Assembly: GCA_963801165.1 (NCBI GenBank)
Contig: CAWDDT010000006.1
Location: 288,001 to 352,000, forward strand
Source: an uncultured bacterium
Lineage (GTDB): Bacteria; Actinomycetota; Acidimicrobiia; Spongiisociales; UBA5794
Direction of reading: 5' to 3'
DNA length: 64,000 bases
The position numbers were made by a program, and so were the translations under genes. The notes under the pieces are model-generated. The model made no database searches. It was given only the letters and a program-made list of their open reading frames with translations, and was not told the origin of the DNA. Positions 48,698-58,644 of the stretch are shown piece by piece; position 1 is the stretch's first letter, and every line of letters begins with the position of its first letter.

Positions 48698-49435
48698 ATG
48701 ATCCCACAGCCCAACCCACCACCGCCCGAGGACATCGACCTCAACCAGGTGGTCGCCTACAACATCCGCGAAGCCCGCCAACTACGCAGCTGGACCCAAG
48801 AAGACCTCGCCGACCGGCTCGAGCCATACCTCGGCCAGCGACTCACCCAGGCCGGTGTCTCCTCCATCGAACGGGCCTGGGACGGGGAACGGCGCCGCGA
48901 GTTCGACGCCCACGAACTGCTCATCTTCGCCATGGTTTTCGACCTACCCATCCTCTGGTTCCTCCTCCCACCACCCGGCGACCACCGGATAATGCGCTCC
49001 ACCACCCGACCCATCGACGAGCTGTACACATGGCTGCTAGGACAGCCCCACCAACTCGAACCGCTCTATGAACGGCTCCGGCAGATCGGTATCACCGAAC
49101 CCACCACAGCCGAACAGACCATTGAGAAGATCACCGGGATCCCCGCCGACGCAAAACAGTGGAGCTACCGGGAACGCCGCAAGGAACTCCTCTTGGCGCT
49201 CCTCAACGAACACGCCGACTCGCTCGACAACGCCGTCGAAGAACTCGGCCGGGTCGTCGACCACCTCCGGCAGGTGGGCATCCGTGGATTCATCGCCGAA
49301 CACACCGGCGACGAGGACTTCACCTATCCGGACGGGCGCGCGCCAACCCTGGAAACTCAACCGGCCACCGGCGTGGACAAGACGACACCAGGCGGCACCA
49401 ACGAACACCGTAAGTCAGCGGGAGAAACAGGATGA
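48698..49435 (+). CDS. XRE-family regulator of the element
   Basis: NIREARQLRSWTQEDLADRL HTH; divergent from the excisionase; TATGCT just upstream. Confidence 0.85.
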   Translation: MIPQPNPPPPEDIDLNQVVAYNIREARQLRSWTQEDLADRLEPYLGQRLTQAGVSSIERAWDGERRREFDAHELLIFAMVFDLPILWFLLPPPGDHRIMRSTTRPIDELYTWLLGQPHQLEPLYERLRQIGITEPTTAEQTIEKITGIPADAKQWSYRERRKELLLALLNEHADSLDNAVEELGRVVDHLRQVGIRGFIAEHTGDEDFTYPDGRAPTLETQPATGVDKTTPGGTNEHRKSAGETG

Positions 49436-49469
49436 GAGGCCACCCCCTTACGAATAAGGAAGACAACAC

Positions 49470-50642
49470 GTGACTGAGAAGAGGCGACCCAGAGGTACGG
49501 GCTCAATTCGCGAGCGTGGCGAGCGCTACCAAGCCATCTACTCATACATTGACGGAAGCGGGAAGCGTCGTCGTCGCTCCAGGACCTTCGACACTAAAAC
49601 GAGGGCGCGGAAGTGGCTGAACGATCGTCTCGCCGATGTGGGACACGGCCGAATCGCTGATCCGCGCGTAGTCTCCGTCGGTGAGTACCTTCAGAACTGG
49701 CTCGGATCCCTCGGCATGCAGCAGCTCGAAGCTGCAACCGTGTCCTGGTATCGGTCGGCGGTGGTCCGGCACATCGTCCCGGAGCTTGGCACGGTCAAAC
49801 TCTCGAAGCTGTCGGCGGTGCAGATCGAATCGTTCCTCGCTGACAAAGCCAAGTCAGGTCGCCTTGACGGTGCCGGCGGTCTCGGCCCTGCGTCGGTGCG
49901 GCGACTACAGGTGACATTGCACAAGGCGCTCGACGCTGCGGTACGCAAGGGGATGCTCGCCACTAACCCGGCCGACCTCGCGGATAAGGTGAAGGTCCCG
50001 CCGCGCGATGTAACGGAGACGGTGTGGAGTCCGGCGATGATGACGACGTTCCTCTCAGCGACGGCGTCTGACCGACTTCACCCGATCTGGCAGACAGCCT
50101 GCATGACAGGATTGAGGCGGTCTGAGCTTGCTGGCCTGCAATGGCCCGACATCGACCTCGACGGCGGACTGCTGAGCGTGAAGCGGGCTCGAACTCAGGT
50201 GGACGGCCAGCCGGTGGTGAAAGGCCCGAAGTCGGCGGCGTCACGTCGGATCGTGGATCTTGATTCGGAGACGGTCATCGTCCTGAGACGGTGGAAGGTC
50301 GCACAACTTGAGGAACGTCTACGGGCTGGCACAGCCTGGCAGCCCGGAGACTGGGTGTTCACCAATCAGATTGGGGCACCGTGGCGACCCGACAGGCTCA
50401 CACGAGCGTTTGTGGACCGGGCGAGCGCCCTGGGCCTTCCAGCGACCGACGTCAAGGGTCTGAGACACGCTCACGCCACAGCCTTGCTCCGGGCCGGTGT
50501 CCATCCCAAGGTCGTGCAAGAAAGGCTCGGCCACTCGTCGATCAGCGTAACAATGGACATTTACTCGTCGGTGTTGCCTGGAATGCAACGTGAAGCGGTC
50601 GAGAAGCTGGCGTTGCTGATGGACTCGTTAGGCGCCCCGTAG
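49470..50642 (+). CDS. Tyrosine recombinase / integrase
   Basis: TGLRRSE, KGLRHAHAT, RLGHS, DIYS; adjacent to the tRNA. Confidence 0.95.
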   Translation: MTEKRRPRGTGSIRERGERYQAIYSYIDGSGKRRRRSRTFDTKTRARKWLNDRLADVGHGRIADPRVVSVGEYLQNWLGSLGMQQLEAATVSWYRSAVVRHIVPELGTVKLSKLSAVQIESFLADKAKSGRLDGAGGLGPASVRRLQVTLHKALDAAVRKGMLATNPADLADKVKVPPRDVTETVWSPAMMTTFLSATASDRLHPIWQTACMTGLRRSELAGLQWPDIDLDGGLLSVKRARTQVDGQPVVKGPKSAASRRIVDLDSETVIVLRRWKVAQLEERLRAGTAWQPGDWVFTNQIGAPWRPDRLTRAFVDRASALGLPATDVKGLRHAHATALLRAGVHPKVVQERLGHSSISVTMDIYSSVLPGMQREAVEKLALLMDSLGAP

Positions 50643-50682
50643 GCGCCCAACACCTACCGCCGAGGCCACCCCTTACGTGAGT

Positions 50683-50704
50683 AACCCCCTGTTACCAGGG
50701 GGTT
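50683..50704. terminator. Hairpin between integrase and tRNA
   Basis: AACCCCCTG-TTAC-CAGGGGGTT. Confidence 0.6.
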
Positions 50705-50710
50705 TGCTCG

Positions 50711-50784
50711 TCGGGCTGGCCGGATTTGAACCGGCGACCTCTTGACCCCCAGTCAAGCGCGCTGCCAAGCTGCGCCACAGCCCG
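50711..50784 (-). tRNA. tRNA-Pro(GGG)
   Basis: CGGGCTGTGGCGCAGCTTGGCAGCGCGCTTGACTGGGGGTCAAGAGGTCGCCGGTTCAAATCCGGCCAGCCCGA folds as a cloverleaf; CCA not encoded. Confidence 0.96.
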
Positions 50785-50871
50785 ATGCCGGATTACCGGC
50801 AGACGGCAACGATAGTGCATCAAGCACCCTTGCGGAACTCACGGGTCGGTGCCTTCGCTACGCTCTGCGTC

Positions 50872-51510
50872 GTGACCACACCACCCCAACATCACACGCC
50901 CCCGTCGACCCCTGCGGAATGGGATGAGCGCTATCTATCGGCCCCCGACAGGATCTGGAGCGGGGAGCCAAACGGGTCCCTCGTCGACGAGATCTCGGGC
51001 TTGCCACCGGGACGGGCGCTTGACCTGGGATGCGGCGAAGGCGCCGACGCCATATGGCTGGCCAGGCGGGGCTGGCAAGTAACCGGCATCGACATGTCGC
51101 AGGTGGCACTCGACCGAGCCGCCGCGGCCGCTCGTGGCGCCGGTGTCGACGTCGAATGGGTGTGCGGGGATTTCTTCGGTAACCCACCCGGCCGTGATAC
51201 CTACGATCTGGTCACCGCCCACTACCTCGCCCTGCCCAAGGCGCAGGCAGACACCACATTGGCCGCCCTCCTCGATGCAGTCGCCCCCGGCGGCACGCTC
51301 CTGTTCGTCGCCCATGCGGTCTCCGACGGCGACCCGGCCCACACTCCCGGCCGTGACCCCGCCGCATACGTCCAACCCGACGATGTCGTCGCACAGCTCG
51401 GGCAGGGATGGGAGCTCATCGTTCACGAGACCAGGAAGCGCACGTCTCCGGCAGCGGCGCAGTCGATGCACACTCACGATGTGATCCTCCGGGCCGCACG
51501 GAAGGATTGA
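50872..51510 (+). CDS. Class I SAM-dependent methyltransferase
   Basis: WDERY, WSGEPN, LDLGCGEGAD. Confidence 0.9.
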   Translation: MTTPPQHHTPPSTPAEWDERYLSAPDRIWSGEPNGSLVDEISGLPPGRALDLGCGEGADAIWLARRGWQVTGIDMSQVALDRAAAAARGAGVDVEWVCGDFFGNPPGRDTYDLVTAHYLALPKAQADTTLAALLDAVAPGGTLLFVAHAVSDGDPAHTPGRDPAAYVQPDDVVAQLGQGWELIVHETRKRTSPAAAQSMHTHDVILRAARKD

Positions 51511-51524
51511 CGGCGCGTCGGGCG

Positions 51525-52262
51525 CTAGGCCAGCCGGATCACGTCGGATTTGGCAAAGATCGGTCCCACCCGCAGTCCCAGCGACTCGGCGGCATACAGC
51601 TCGGCGGGCACGCCGATGTCGGCCAGATACAACTCACCGACCACATCGGGTCGTTCCGGCGAGCGCAAGCCCTGCTTGGGAAGCGCCAGCGTCATGGTGG
51701 CCGTCGCCCGGACCACCGGGGCGAAGACCTTGCCCGTCGTGCCATCCAGACCGGACGGTAAATCGAGCGACAGCACCGACGCCATGCTCGAGTTTGCCCA
51801 CTCGATCAATTCCCCTGTGATCCCGCGTGGTGCGCCCTTCAAGCTGTATCCGATCAGACCGTCGATGATCAGATCGGGCGGTCGCACCGGCGGCATCTCA
51901 CCAACGGTGAGCGGCACGCCGATGTTCTCGAGAACCCGCAGCTGCTGAGCGGTCACCTCGGACATGTGCTCCGGCTCCCGCGTGGCCACAACCCCGACGA
52001 GTGATCCGTAGGAGTGCAGCCGGCGGGCGGCCACCAGGGCACCGCCGCCGTTGCCACCGGGCCCGGCGAGGATGATCACCGACCGGCCCCGACCGTCACC
52101 GTCGAGAAAGCGGCCCCGAGCCAGGTGCGCCAGACTGCGGCCCGCGTTTTCCATCATCCGCACGAGATCGATCCCGAAGTCGTCGACCATCGCCCGGTCG
52201 ACCTCTCTCATCTGCTCCGTCGTGAGGAACGGTACGTCCCCTTCCAGCCACACCGTGTTCAT
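51525..52262 (-). CDS. nnrE: NAD(P)H-hydrate epimerase (stand-alone YjeF N-terminal)
   Basis: MMENAG, GPGGNGG, DGLIGY, LDLPSG, ADIGVP. Confidence 0.88.
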   Translation of the reverse strand: MNTVWLEGDVPFLTTEQMREVDRAMVDDFGIDLVRMMENAGRSLAHLARGRFLDGDGRGRSVIILAGPGGNGGGALVAARRLHSYGSLVGVVATREPEHMSEVTAQQLRVLENIGVPLTVGEMPPVRPPDLIIDGLIGYSLKGAPRGITGELIEWANSSMASVLSLDLPSGLDGTTGKVFAPVVRATATMTLALPKQGLRSPERPDVVGELYLADIGVPAELYAAESLGLRVGPIFAKSDVIRLA

Positions 52263-52413
52263 CTTGCTCCTTCTCCGCAATCCGCAACGTGCACATGCGC
52301 TCTTCGTCTTTCCCGGCCGATCCCTTGAATCACTCGTCACGAATGACCGCGGTCCCACGCACTAGGGACCTTTGCCACTGTTCCGGCCGGGTTTGGTACG
52401 GCACAGTGGGCTT

Positions 52414-52719
52414 GTGACTTCAACAACTATTGAATCAATTTCACTTGAAGAGCGGGCGACGCTGCTGTCGGCACTGAGTGACCCGATCCGGTTGCGGATC
52501 ATGGACACCCTCGGTGCCGAGACATGCTGTGTCTGCACACTCCAGGAGACTATCGCCATCGCACCCAACCTCCTGTCGTACCACCTGCGGGTGTTGCGCG
52601 AGGCGGGACTGGTCGAAACCACCCGTCGGGGCCGCTGGGTCGACTACCACCTCTCCCCCACTGCGGGCACAGCCATCGCATCCGCCCTTCCGCTCCCTCT
52701 CCGGTGGGAGGAAAGATGA
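52414..52719 (+). CDS. ArsR family metalloregulator
   Basis: ALSDPIRLRI, CCVC, SYHLRVLREAGLV; TTCAA-N6-TTGAA inverted repeat at 52419-52434. Confidence 0.9.
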   Translation: MTSTTIESISLEERATLLSALSDPIRLRIMDTLGAETCCVCTLQETIAIAPNLLSYHLRVLREAGLVETTRRGRWVDYHLSPTAGTAIASALPLPLRWEER

Positions 52720-53765
52720 CCAGCGCCACCCTCACCGCCAACCGGCCCCGCTTGAAGACGTGGCTCGGGCTCGGCGCCGCCGCGGTCGGCTGGATCATCG
52801 CCTACCGGGTCAACGCCCCGATGTGGCGGTGGCTGCTCACCCACGTCGCACATCTCGACCTGGAAGGCAAGACCGGCTCTGCCGCCGAGTTCTTCCTCGC
52901 CGACACCGTAAAGATCGCCCTGCTGCTCGGCGGCATCATCTTCGCCGTCACCGTGCTCCGCTCCTTCATGAGCGTTGAGCGCACCCGGGCACTGCTCGGG
53001 GGGCGCCGTGAAGGGGTAGGCAACGTCGCCGCTGCCGGCCTCGGTGTGGTCACCCCGTTCTGCTCGTGTTCGGCGGTTCCCGGGTTCATCGGGTTTGTCG
53101 CCGCCGGGGTACCCCTCGGCATCACCATGAGCTTTCTCATTGCCAGCCCTATGGTCAACGAGATCGCCATCGTGCTTCTCTACGGGCTGTTCGGGTGGCG
53201 GATCGCCGCGCTCTACGTCACAGCCGGTCTCCTCGTTGCAATCGTCGCCGGGTGGGTCATAGGTCGGATGCATCTCGAGCACTGGGTCGAGCCATTCGTA
53301 TTCGAGACCACGCTGCGGGGCAAGCCCGTCGACCTTGCCGGTTCGCTGTCCTGGAACGACCGATTCACCATCGGGCGGGAAGAGGTCAGGACCATCATCC
53401 GCAAGATCTGGCCCTACCTGCTCGTCGGTATTGGCATCGGCGCCGTCGTGCACGGATGGGTGCCCCAGGACTTCTTCGTCCGCTACGCCGGACCGGACAA
53501 TCCGCTGGCCGTTCCGGTCGCCGTCGGGCTCGGCGTCCCCCTCTACTCCAACGCCGCCGGGGTGCTGCCGCTCGTCGAGGCGCTCCACTCCAAAGGGCTC
53601 GCCATGGGCACCGTCCTCGCCTTCATGATGTCGGTCGTCGCCCTGTCGCTCCCCGAGATGGTGCTGCTCCGCAGGGTGCTCAAGCCCCGCCTTCTCGGCG
53701 TGTTCGTCGGCGTCGTCGCCTTCGGAATCCTCTGTGTCGGCTTTCTATTCAATCTCATTCTGTAA
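52716..53765 (+). CDS. ArsP/DUF318-type permease
   Basis: TPFCSCS, FLIASP, GVPLYSN, SLPE. Confidence 0.9.
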   Translation: MTSATLTANRPRLKTWLGLGAAAVGWIIAYRVNAPMWRWLLTHVAHLDLEGKTGSAAEFFLADTVKIALLLGGIIFAVTVLRSFMSVERTRALLGGRREGVGNVAAAGLGVVTPFCSCSAVPGFIGFVAAGVPLGITMSFLIASPMVNEIAIVLLYGLFGWRIAALYVTAGLLVAIVAGWVIGRMHLEHWVEPFVFETTLRGKPVDLAGSLSWNDRFTIGREEVRTIIRKIWPYLLVGIGIGAVVHGWVPQDFFVRYAGPDNPLAVPVAVGLGVPLYSNAAGVLPLVEALHSKGLAMGTVLAFMMSVVALSLPEMVLLRRVLKPRLLGVFVGVVAFGILCVGFLFNLIL

Positions 53766-53796
53766 TAGCTCATTTTGTAATATCTCATTCTGTAAT
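53752..53796. repeat. AT-rich 15-bp tandem triplication spanning the permease stop
   Basis: ATCTCATTCTGTAAT / AGCTCATTTTGTAAT / ATCTCATTCTGTAAT. Confidence 0.9.
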
Positions 53797-53806
53797 AAGG
53801 AGAACC

Positions 53807-54046
53807 ATGAACATCAAAGTGCTCGGATCGGGCTGCCCCAACTGCCAGACCCTCGAGAAGCGGACGGTCGAAGCGGCCGGCCAGCTCGGCATCGAAGCTG
53901 CCGTCGAGAAGGTCACCGACTACGGCGACATCGCCTCATACGGCGTCATGAGCACCCCGGCCCTCGTCATCGACGAGCAGGTCGTCATGTCCGGCCGCGT
54001 CCCCACCGTCCCGGAACTGGTGACCATGCTGGCGACCGCCAGCTAG
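53807..54046 (+). CDS. Small redox-active disulfide protein (thioredoxin-like)
   Basis: MNIKVLGSGCPNC...YGVMSTPALVID; AAGGAG RBS. Confidence 0.92.
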   Translation: MNIKVLGSGCPNCQTLEKRTVEAAGQLGIEAAVEKVTDYGDIASYGVMSTPALVIDEQVVMSGRVPTVPELVTMLATAS

Positions 54047-54052
54047 AACCGC

Positions 54053-54208
54053 CTAGAGGCGGTGAATGAGCCACATCACGCCCTGAATCAGCCGGAAGGT
54101 CAGATACACAGCAGTCAAGATCACAATCGTGAGAAACCCGATGGGCCACTTCTCGTCGTCGGCCCCGCCGTCGGGCGTCGGTTCGGGCGGCGTGTCCCGG
54201 TCAGTCAT
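54053..54208 (-). CDS. 51-aa single-pass membrane protein (below the ORF-track cutoff)
   Basis: MTDRDTPPEPTPDGGADDEKWPIGFLTIVILTAVYLTFRLIQGVMWLIHRL. Confidence 0.6.
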   Translation of the reverse strand: MTDRDTPPEPTPDGGADDEKWPIGFLTIVILTAVYLTFRLIQGVMWLIHRL

Positions 54209-54264
54209 CGTCGCCCCCGCTTGCGAACCCTGCGGTAATCGGCACGCCCTACTCGAAGGGAATT

Positions 54265-54314
54265 CCCTCTCCCTTTGGGAGAGGATGCCGAGCGAAGCGA
54301 AGGCAGGTGAGGGG
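54265..54314. repeat. REP-like palindromic element
   Basis: CCCTCTCCCTTTGGGAGAGG...CGAGCGAAGCGA...TGAGGG, the same family as at 58.6 and 62.5 kb. Confidence 0.8.
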
Positions 54315-54329
54315 ATGTAAGCGCCTCGC

Positions 54330-55865
54330 TCATACCGGGGGGACGCCGTGGCGGCGGTCGGAGAAGGTGCGGGTCTTGCGGGCGGCGTAGGTGAGACGCC
54401 CGGTGATCTCGGTGCGGAGATCTTCTGGCTCGACGACGCCGTCGACTATCAGCTCCGACGCCAGCAGCATCAGGTCGACATCCTCGCTGTACTCGGCCTG
54501 CTTGGCAGCAACAAAGGCCTCCCGCTCGTCCTCGGGCAACTCCTGGATCTTGTTGTAGTAGACGGCGTTCACAGCCGCCTCAGGCCCCATCACCGCGATT
54601 TCTGCCGTCGGCAGGGCAATGGTGGCATCGGGGCGGAACCCGGGCCCTGAGAAGGCGTAGAGGCCCGCTCCGTAGGCCTTGCGCACGATGATCGACAGCC
54701 TGGGCACGGTCGCCTCGGCAATGGCGGTGAGCATCTTGGCGCCAGCGCGGATGATCCCCTGCCGCTCGACGTCGGTCCCGATCATGAATCCGGGCACGTC
54801 GGCGAAGAACAGCAGCGGGATGTTGAAGGCGTCGCATAGCCAGATAAACCGGGCCGCCTTGTCGGCCGAGTCGACGAACAGCACACCTCCGAGATGCTGC
54901 GGCTGCGAGGCGACGATACCGACCGACTGCCCGTCGATACGGGCCAGCGCCGTGATCACCTCGGGGGCGAACAGCTCTTTGATCTGGAGCAGGCTGCCCT
55001 CGTCGACTATCCCCCGCAGAAATTCGACCATGTCGTAGACGGCATTCGGTTCCTCGGGGAGGATGTCGGCCGGCCGGTAGTTCGGGTCGGGCTCGCTGGC
55101 GTCATAGCGGGGCGGGAGCGTGCGGTAGTTGTCCGCCATGTAGCTGAAGTAGAAGCGGGCCCAATCGATAGCCTCGGCGTCGGACTCCACCAGCACGTCG
55201 CCGCAACCGGAGGTCGTGCAGTGCATCCGGGCGCCGCCCAACTCCTCGAGCGTCGTCCTCTCCCCTATCACCATCTCCGCCATTCGCGGTGACCCGAGAT
55301 ACATGGAGGCATTGCCCTCCACCATCACCACAACGTCACAGAACGACGGGATGTACGCCCCGCCTGCCGCCGACGGGCCGAACAGACAGCAGATCTGCGG
55401 CACCCGCCCCGACAACCGCACCTGGTTGTAGAAGATCTTCCCGGCGCCTCTCCGGCCGGGGAACAGGTCGATCTGGTCGGTGATCCTCGCCCCCGCCGAG
55501 TCGATCAGATAGAACACCGGCAGCATCTCGTCGTACGCGTACTCGAGGGTGCGGATCATCTTCTCGACGGTCAGCCGCCCCCAGCTGCCCGCCTTCACCG
55601 TCGGGTCGTTGGCGATGACCGCGACCGGGCGCCCATCGACGGTGCCCCGGCCGGTCACAACACCGTCGGCACCGTGCTCAGGGGTCACCGCATTGGCCAG
55701 CAGCCCGTCCTCGACAAAGCTCCCCTCGTCGAGCAGGAGTGCCACCCGATCACGAACGAACAGCTTCTCCTGCTGGACCAGCTTGTCGTGGTGACGTTGC
55801 GGGCCGCCCCCCTGTGCCGTCGTCGCGGCGTCGCGAAACCGCTCAAACGGTCCGGCGTCGCTCAT
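54330..55865 (-). CDS. Acyl-CoA carboxylase carboxyltransferase (beta) subunit
   Basis: DSAGARI, AAGGAY, DVPGF, RKAYGAG, AVMGPE. Confidence 0.95.
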   Translation of the reverse strand: MSDAGPFERFRDAATTAQGGGPQRHHDKLVQQEKLFVRDRVALLLDEGSFVEDGLLANAVTPEHGADGVVTGRGTVDGRPVAVIANDPTVKAGSWGRLTVEKMIRTLEYAYDEMLPVFYLIDSAGARITDQIDLFPGRRGAGKIFYNQVRLSGRVPQICCLFGPSAAGGAYIPSFCDVVVMVEGNASMYLGSPRMAEMVIGERTTLEELGGARMHCTTSGCGDVLVESDAEAIDWARFYFSYMADNYRTLPPRYDASEPDPNYRPADILPEEPNAVYDMVEFLRGIVDEGSLLQIKELFAPEVITALARIDGQSVGIVASQPQHLGGVLFVDSADKAARFIWLCDAFNIPLLFFADVPGFMIGTDVERQGIIRAGAKMLTAIAEATVPRLSIIVRKAYGAGLYAFSGPGFRPDATIALPTAEIAVMGPEAAVNAVYYNKIQELPEDEREAFVAAKQAEYSEDVDLMLLASELIVDGVVEPEDLRTEITGRLTYAARKTRTFSDRRHGVPPV

Positions 55866-57187
55866 ATTTCCCTCCGGTTATGGCGGCGGCGTGACGTCAG
55901 AAACAGCGGTGTGCCCATGAAGTCGAACTCTTCCCGCAGCCGGTTCTCCAGATAGCGTAGGTAATCGTCGCCGATCTCACCGCCTCTGACGAACAGGATG
56001 ATGCTGGGCGGGTCGGTGCTGCTCTGGGTGGCGTAGACGATCCTGGGGCGCTTGTTCTTCCGCACCGGTGGCGGATGCGATTCCTGCCATTGCCGTATCA
56101 GCCGGTTCAGTTCGGCGGTCGGGATCCGCTGCCGCCGGTTCTCCAGCACGGCGTGCACGGCCTTCGGCAGCCGTTGCAACCTGCTCCCCGTCTTCGCCGA
56201 GATCCGCAGCACCGGCGCCCATCCGACAAAGGCGAGCCGATCCGCCACAGAATCCTCGGTGTGAGCCCGCTCCTCGTCGCTGATCGCATCCCATTTGTTG
56301 AGCAATACCACCAGCCCGGCACCGGCGTCGCGTATCTCCTCCGCCAGCCGCTGCTCCTGATGGGTCGCCCCTTGAGTGCCGTCGACGACCAGCAGCGCCA
56401 CATCTGCACCGTCGAGCACCTCCCGGGCCCGCAGCACGGCGTAATACTCGACGTCGTCCTTGATCTTGGTTTTCCGCTTGATCCCGGCCGTGTCGATGAT
56501 CTCGACCGGCTCCCCATCGAGCTCGACCACCATGTTGATCGGGTCGCGGGTGGTGCCCGGAACGTCCGAAACCAGCACCCGCGCGGCGCCGGCGAGCTGG
56601 TTGAGCAACGTCGACTTCCCGACATTGGGCCGCCCGACGATGGCCAGCCGGGCCAACCGTGGCTCGTCGTCCAGGTCCTCATCGAACACGGGCAGCTTGT
56701 CCACCAGCGCATCGAGAAAGTCGCCGCTGCCACGGCCGTGCTGGGCGGAGATCGGGACCGGCTCCCCGAGACCGAGCGCCCATAGGTGATCGAGCGCCTC
56801 CTCCTGACGGGGCCCGTCCACCTTGTTGGCGGCGAACACGAACGGCACACCGCTGCGCAGCAGCATCCGGGCGACACCCTGGTCGTCGTCGACCAACGCC
56901 CCGGTAGCGTCGGTGACGAACACGGCGACGTCGGCCCCGCCGAGCGCCACCTCGGCCTGCTCCCGGATGTTCATGGTGAGCTCCTCGCCGGGGTTGAGCT
57001 CCCAGCCACCGGTGTCGATCAGCAGGAACCGGTTGCCCTGCCACTCGGCGGTGAACTCACGCCGGTCCCGGGTCACCCCGGGCTGCTCGTCGACGACAGC
57101 CAGCTTTCTGCGCAAGATCCTGTTGACCAGCGTCGATTTGCCGACGTTGGGTCGCCCGATGACTACCACCACGGGCAACCGGCTCAT
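55862..57187 (-). CDS. der: Ribosome biogenesis GTPase Der
   Basis: Two GRPNVGKS G-domains, DTGG/DTAG, NKVD/NKWD, KH-like tail. Confidence 0.97.
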   Translation of the reverse strand: MSRLPVVVVIGRPNVGKSTLVNRILRRKLAVVDEQPGVTRDRREFTAEWQGNRFLLIDTGGWELNPGEELTMNIREQAEVALGGADVAVFVTDATGALVDDDQGVARMLLRSGVPFVFAANKVDGPRQEEALDHLWALGLGEPVPISAQHGRGSGDFLDALVDKLPVFDEDLDDEPRLARLAIVGRPNVGKSTLLNQLAGAARVLVSDVPGTTRDPINMVVELDGEPVEIIDTAGIKRKTKIKDDVEYYAVLRAREVLDGADVALLVVDGTQGATHQEQRLAEEIRDAGAGLVVLLNKWDAISDEERAHTEDSVADRLAFVGWAPVLRISAKTGSRLQRLPKAVHAVLENRRQRIPTAELNRLIRQWQESHPPPVRKNKRPRIVYATQSSTDPPSIILFVRGGEIGDDYLRYLENRLREEFDFMGTPLFLTSRRRHNRREI

Positions 57188-58557
57188 CGCATCACCCCGG
57201 CGAGGAGCCCGGCGACGGTAGGTGGCACCGTCTCGATCGGGGCGTCGATGTCGGCAACGTCGACGTCGTCGAGGAACCGGCCTCCGGGCGCCGCCGAGTT
57301 GGGGACCAGGTACTTGCGGGCTGGTTGCCCATCTGCGGCAATCGCCGCCGACACGTCACGACCGACGATGAGACCGGCCACAGCCACGTTTCCACCGAAG
57401 AAGTCGTTGGTCACCGGTAGCACCCGGAGCGGGACACCGGCGAGCGTCTCGAGACGCCCCAGCACCGGCTCGAACGCCCGTGCTCCGTACTCACCCGTGA
57501 CGATGACCACCGGCCCGTCGGCCCCTGGCAGACCGCTGGCAAAGGCGCCCCTGGTGGTGCGATAACCCTCGGCCGGTGCCGCCGGCAGGGTCGTCCAGGC
57601 GCCGGTGACACCCGGGAAGCTCGTCCGCAGCCCGGCCTCGGCGGCTTCGAGCTCGTCGTAGAAGGCCCGAATCATCCCGATGCCGTTCTCGTGCTGGTCG
57701 AACTCCTCGTAGTGCTCCGACGCCGGCACCGCTCGCCCCGCCACCAGGTACATCTCGTCGGAGGCAAAGAACATCCGCCGCCCCACCATCGCCTGAGCCT
57801 TCTCCTGCCAGAAGTCGACGATCTCCAGGTCGGCGGCGGCGTCCTCGGGCGTGTGCACCCGCAGCGTCGTCTCCTTGCCGTACTTGGACAGCCCCAGCGG
57901 GACGATCCCCACCGACGCCAGCTGCGGATACGCGATAAGGATCTCGGCGAGGGTCTCCTCGAGGACGCTCCCCGAGTTGACGTCCGGGCACAGCACGATC
58001 TGCCCATGCACCTCGACACCCGCCTCCAGAAGCGCCCGCAGCCAGCGCAAACTGGTTGCCCCACGGGGATTGCGCAGCATCTGCGCCCGGAGATCGGGGT
58101 TTGTGGCGTGGATCGACACGTACAGCGGGCCGAGACGCTCCTCGACCACCCGGGACAGATCGAGCTCGGTAAACCGGGTCAGCGTCGTGAAGTTGCCGTA
58201 CAGAAACGACAGCCGGTAGTCGTCGTCCTTCAGGTACAGCGTGGTGCGCATCCCCGGTGGCAACTGGTAGATGAAGCAGAACTCGCAGTGGTTGTCACAT
58301 GTCTGCACCCGGTCGAACACCGACGAGTTGAGCCGTAATCCCAGCGGGGCGCCCGCAGCCTTTGTGATGTCGAGAGCCGACGTCGCCCCGTCTCGACGCA
58401 CCTCGAGTTCCACATCGGCCTCGTCGACGAGCTGCTGGTACTCAATGACGTCGGTCAGCACGACCCCGTTGACAGACAACAGCTCATCGCCCGGCCGCAG
58501 ACCTGCGACCGCGGCGGGACTACCGGGCACAACTTCGAGAATCGTCGGGTTCGACAT
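57184..58557 (-). CDS. DUF512 protein (PDZ + radical SAM-like)
   Basis: CDNHCEFC, KDDDYRLSF, ENGIG. Confidence 0.92.
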   Translation of the reverse strand: MSNPTILEVVPGSPAAVAGLRPGDELLSVNGVVLTDVIEYQQLVDEADVELEVRRDGATSALDITKAAGAPLGLRLNSSVFDRVQTCDNHCEFCFIYQLPPGMRTTLYLKDDDYRLSFLYGNFTTLTRFTELDLSRVVEERLGPLYVSIHATNPDLRAQMLRNPRGATSLRWLRALLEAGVEVHGQIVLCPDVNSGSVLEETLAEILIAYPQLASVGIVPLGLSKYGKETTLRVHTPEDAAADLEIVDFWQEKAQAMVGRRMFFASDEMYLVAGRAVPASEHYEEFDQHENGIGMIRAFYDELEAAEAGLRTSFPGVTGAWTTLPAAPAEGYRTTRGAFASGLPGADGPVVIVTGEYGARAFEPVLGRLETLAGVPLRVLPVTNDFFGGNVAVAGLIVGRDVSAAIAADGQPARKYLVPNSAAPGGRFLDDVDVADIDAPIETVPPTVAGLLAGVMR

Positions 58558-58644
58558 AGAGGACGCAAGCATAGAACGCCCGCGTACTCCCGACTGCGGC
58601 TGGGGCGATCCTCATCGAACAGGACGACAAACCGCAACCGACTC

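Larger units (their letters stand above)
41765..50756. mobile_element. ~9 kb integrative mobilizable element inserted in tRNA-Pro(GGG)
   Basis: att direct repeats, tyrosine integrase, excisionase-like HTH, XRE regulator, MOBF relaxase; no T4SS genes. Confidence 0.9.
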
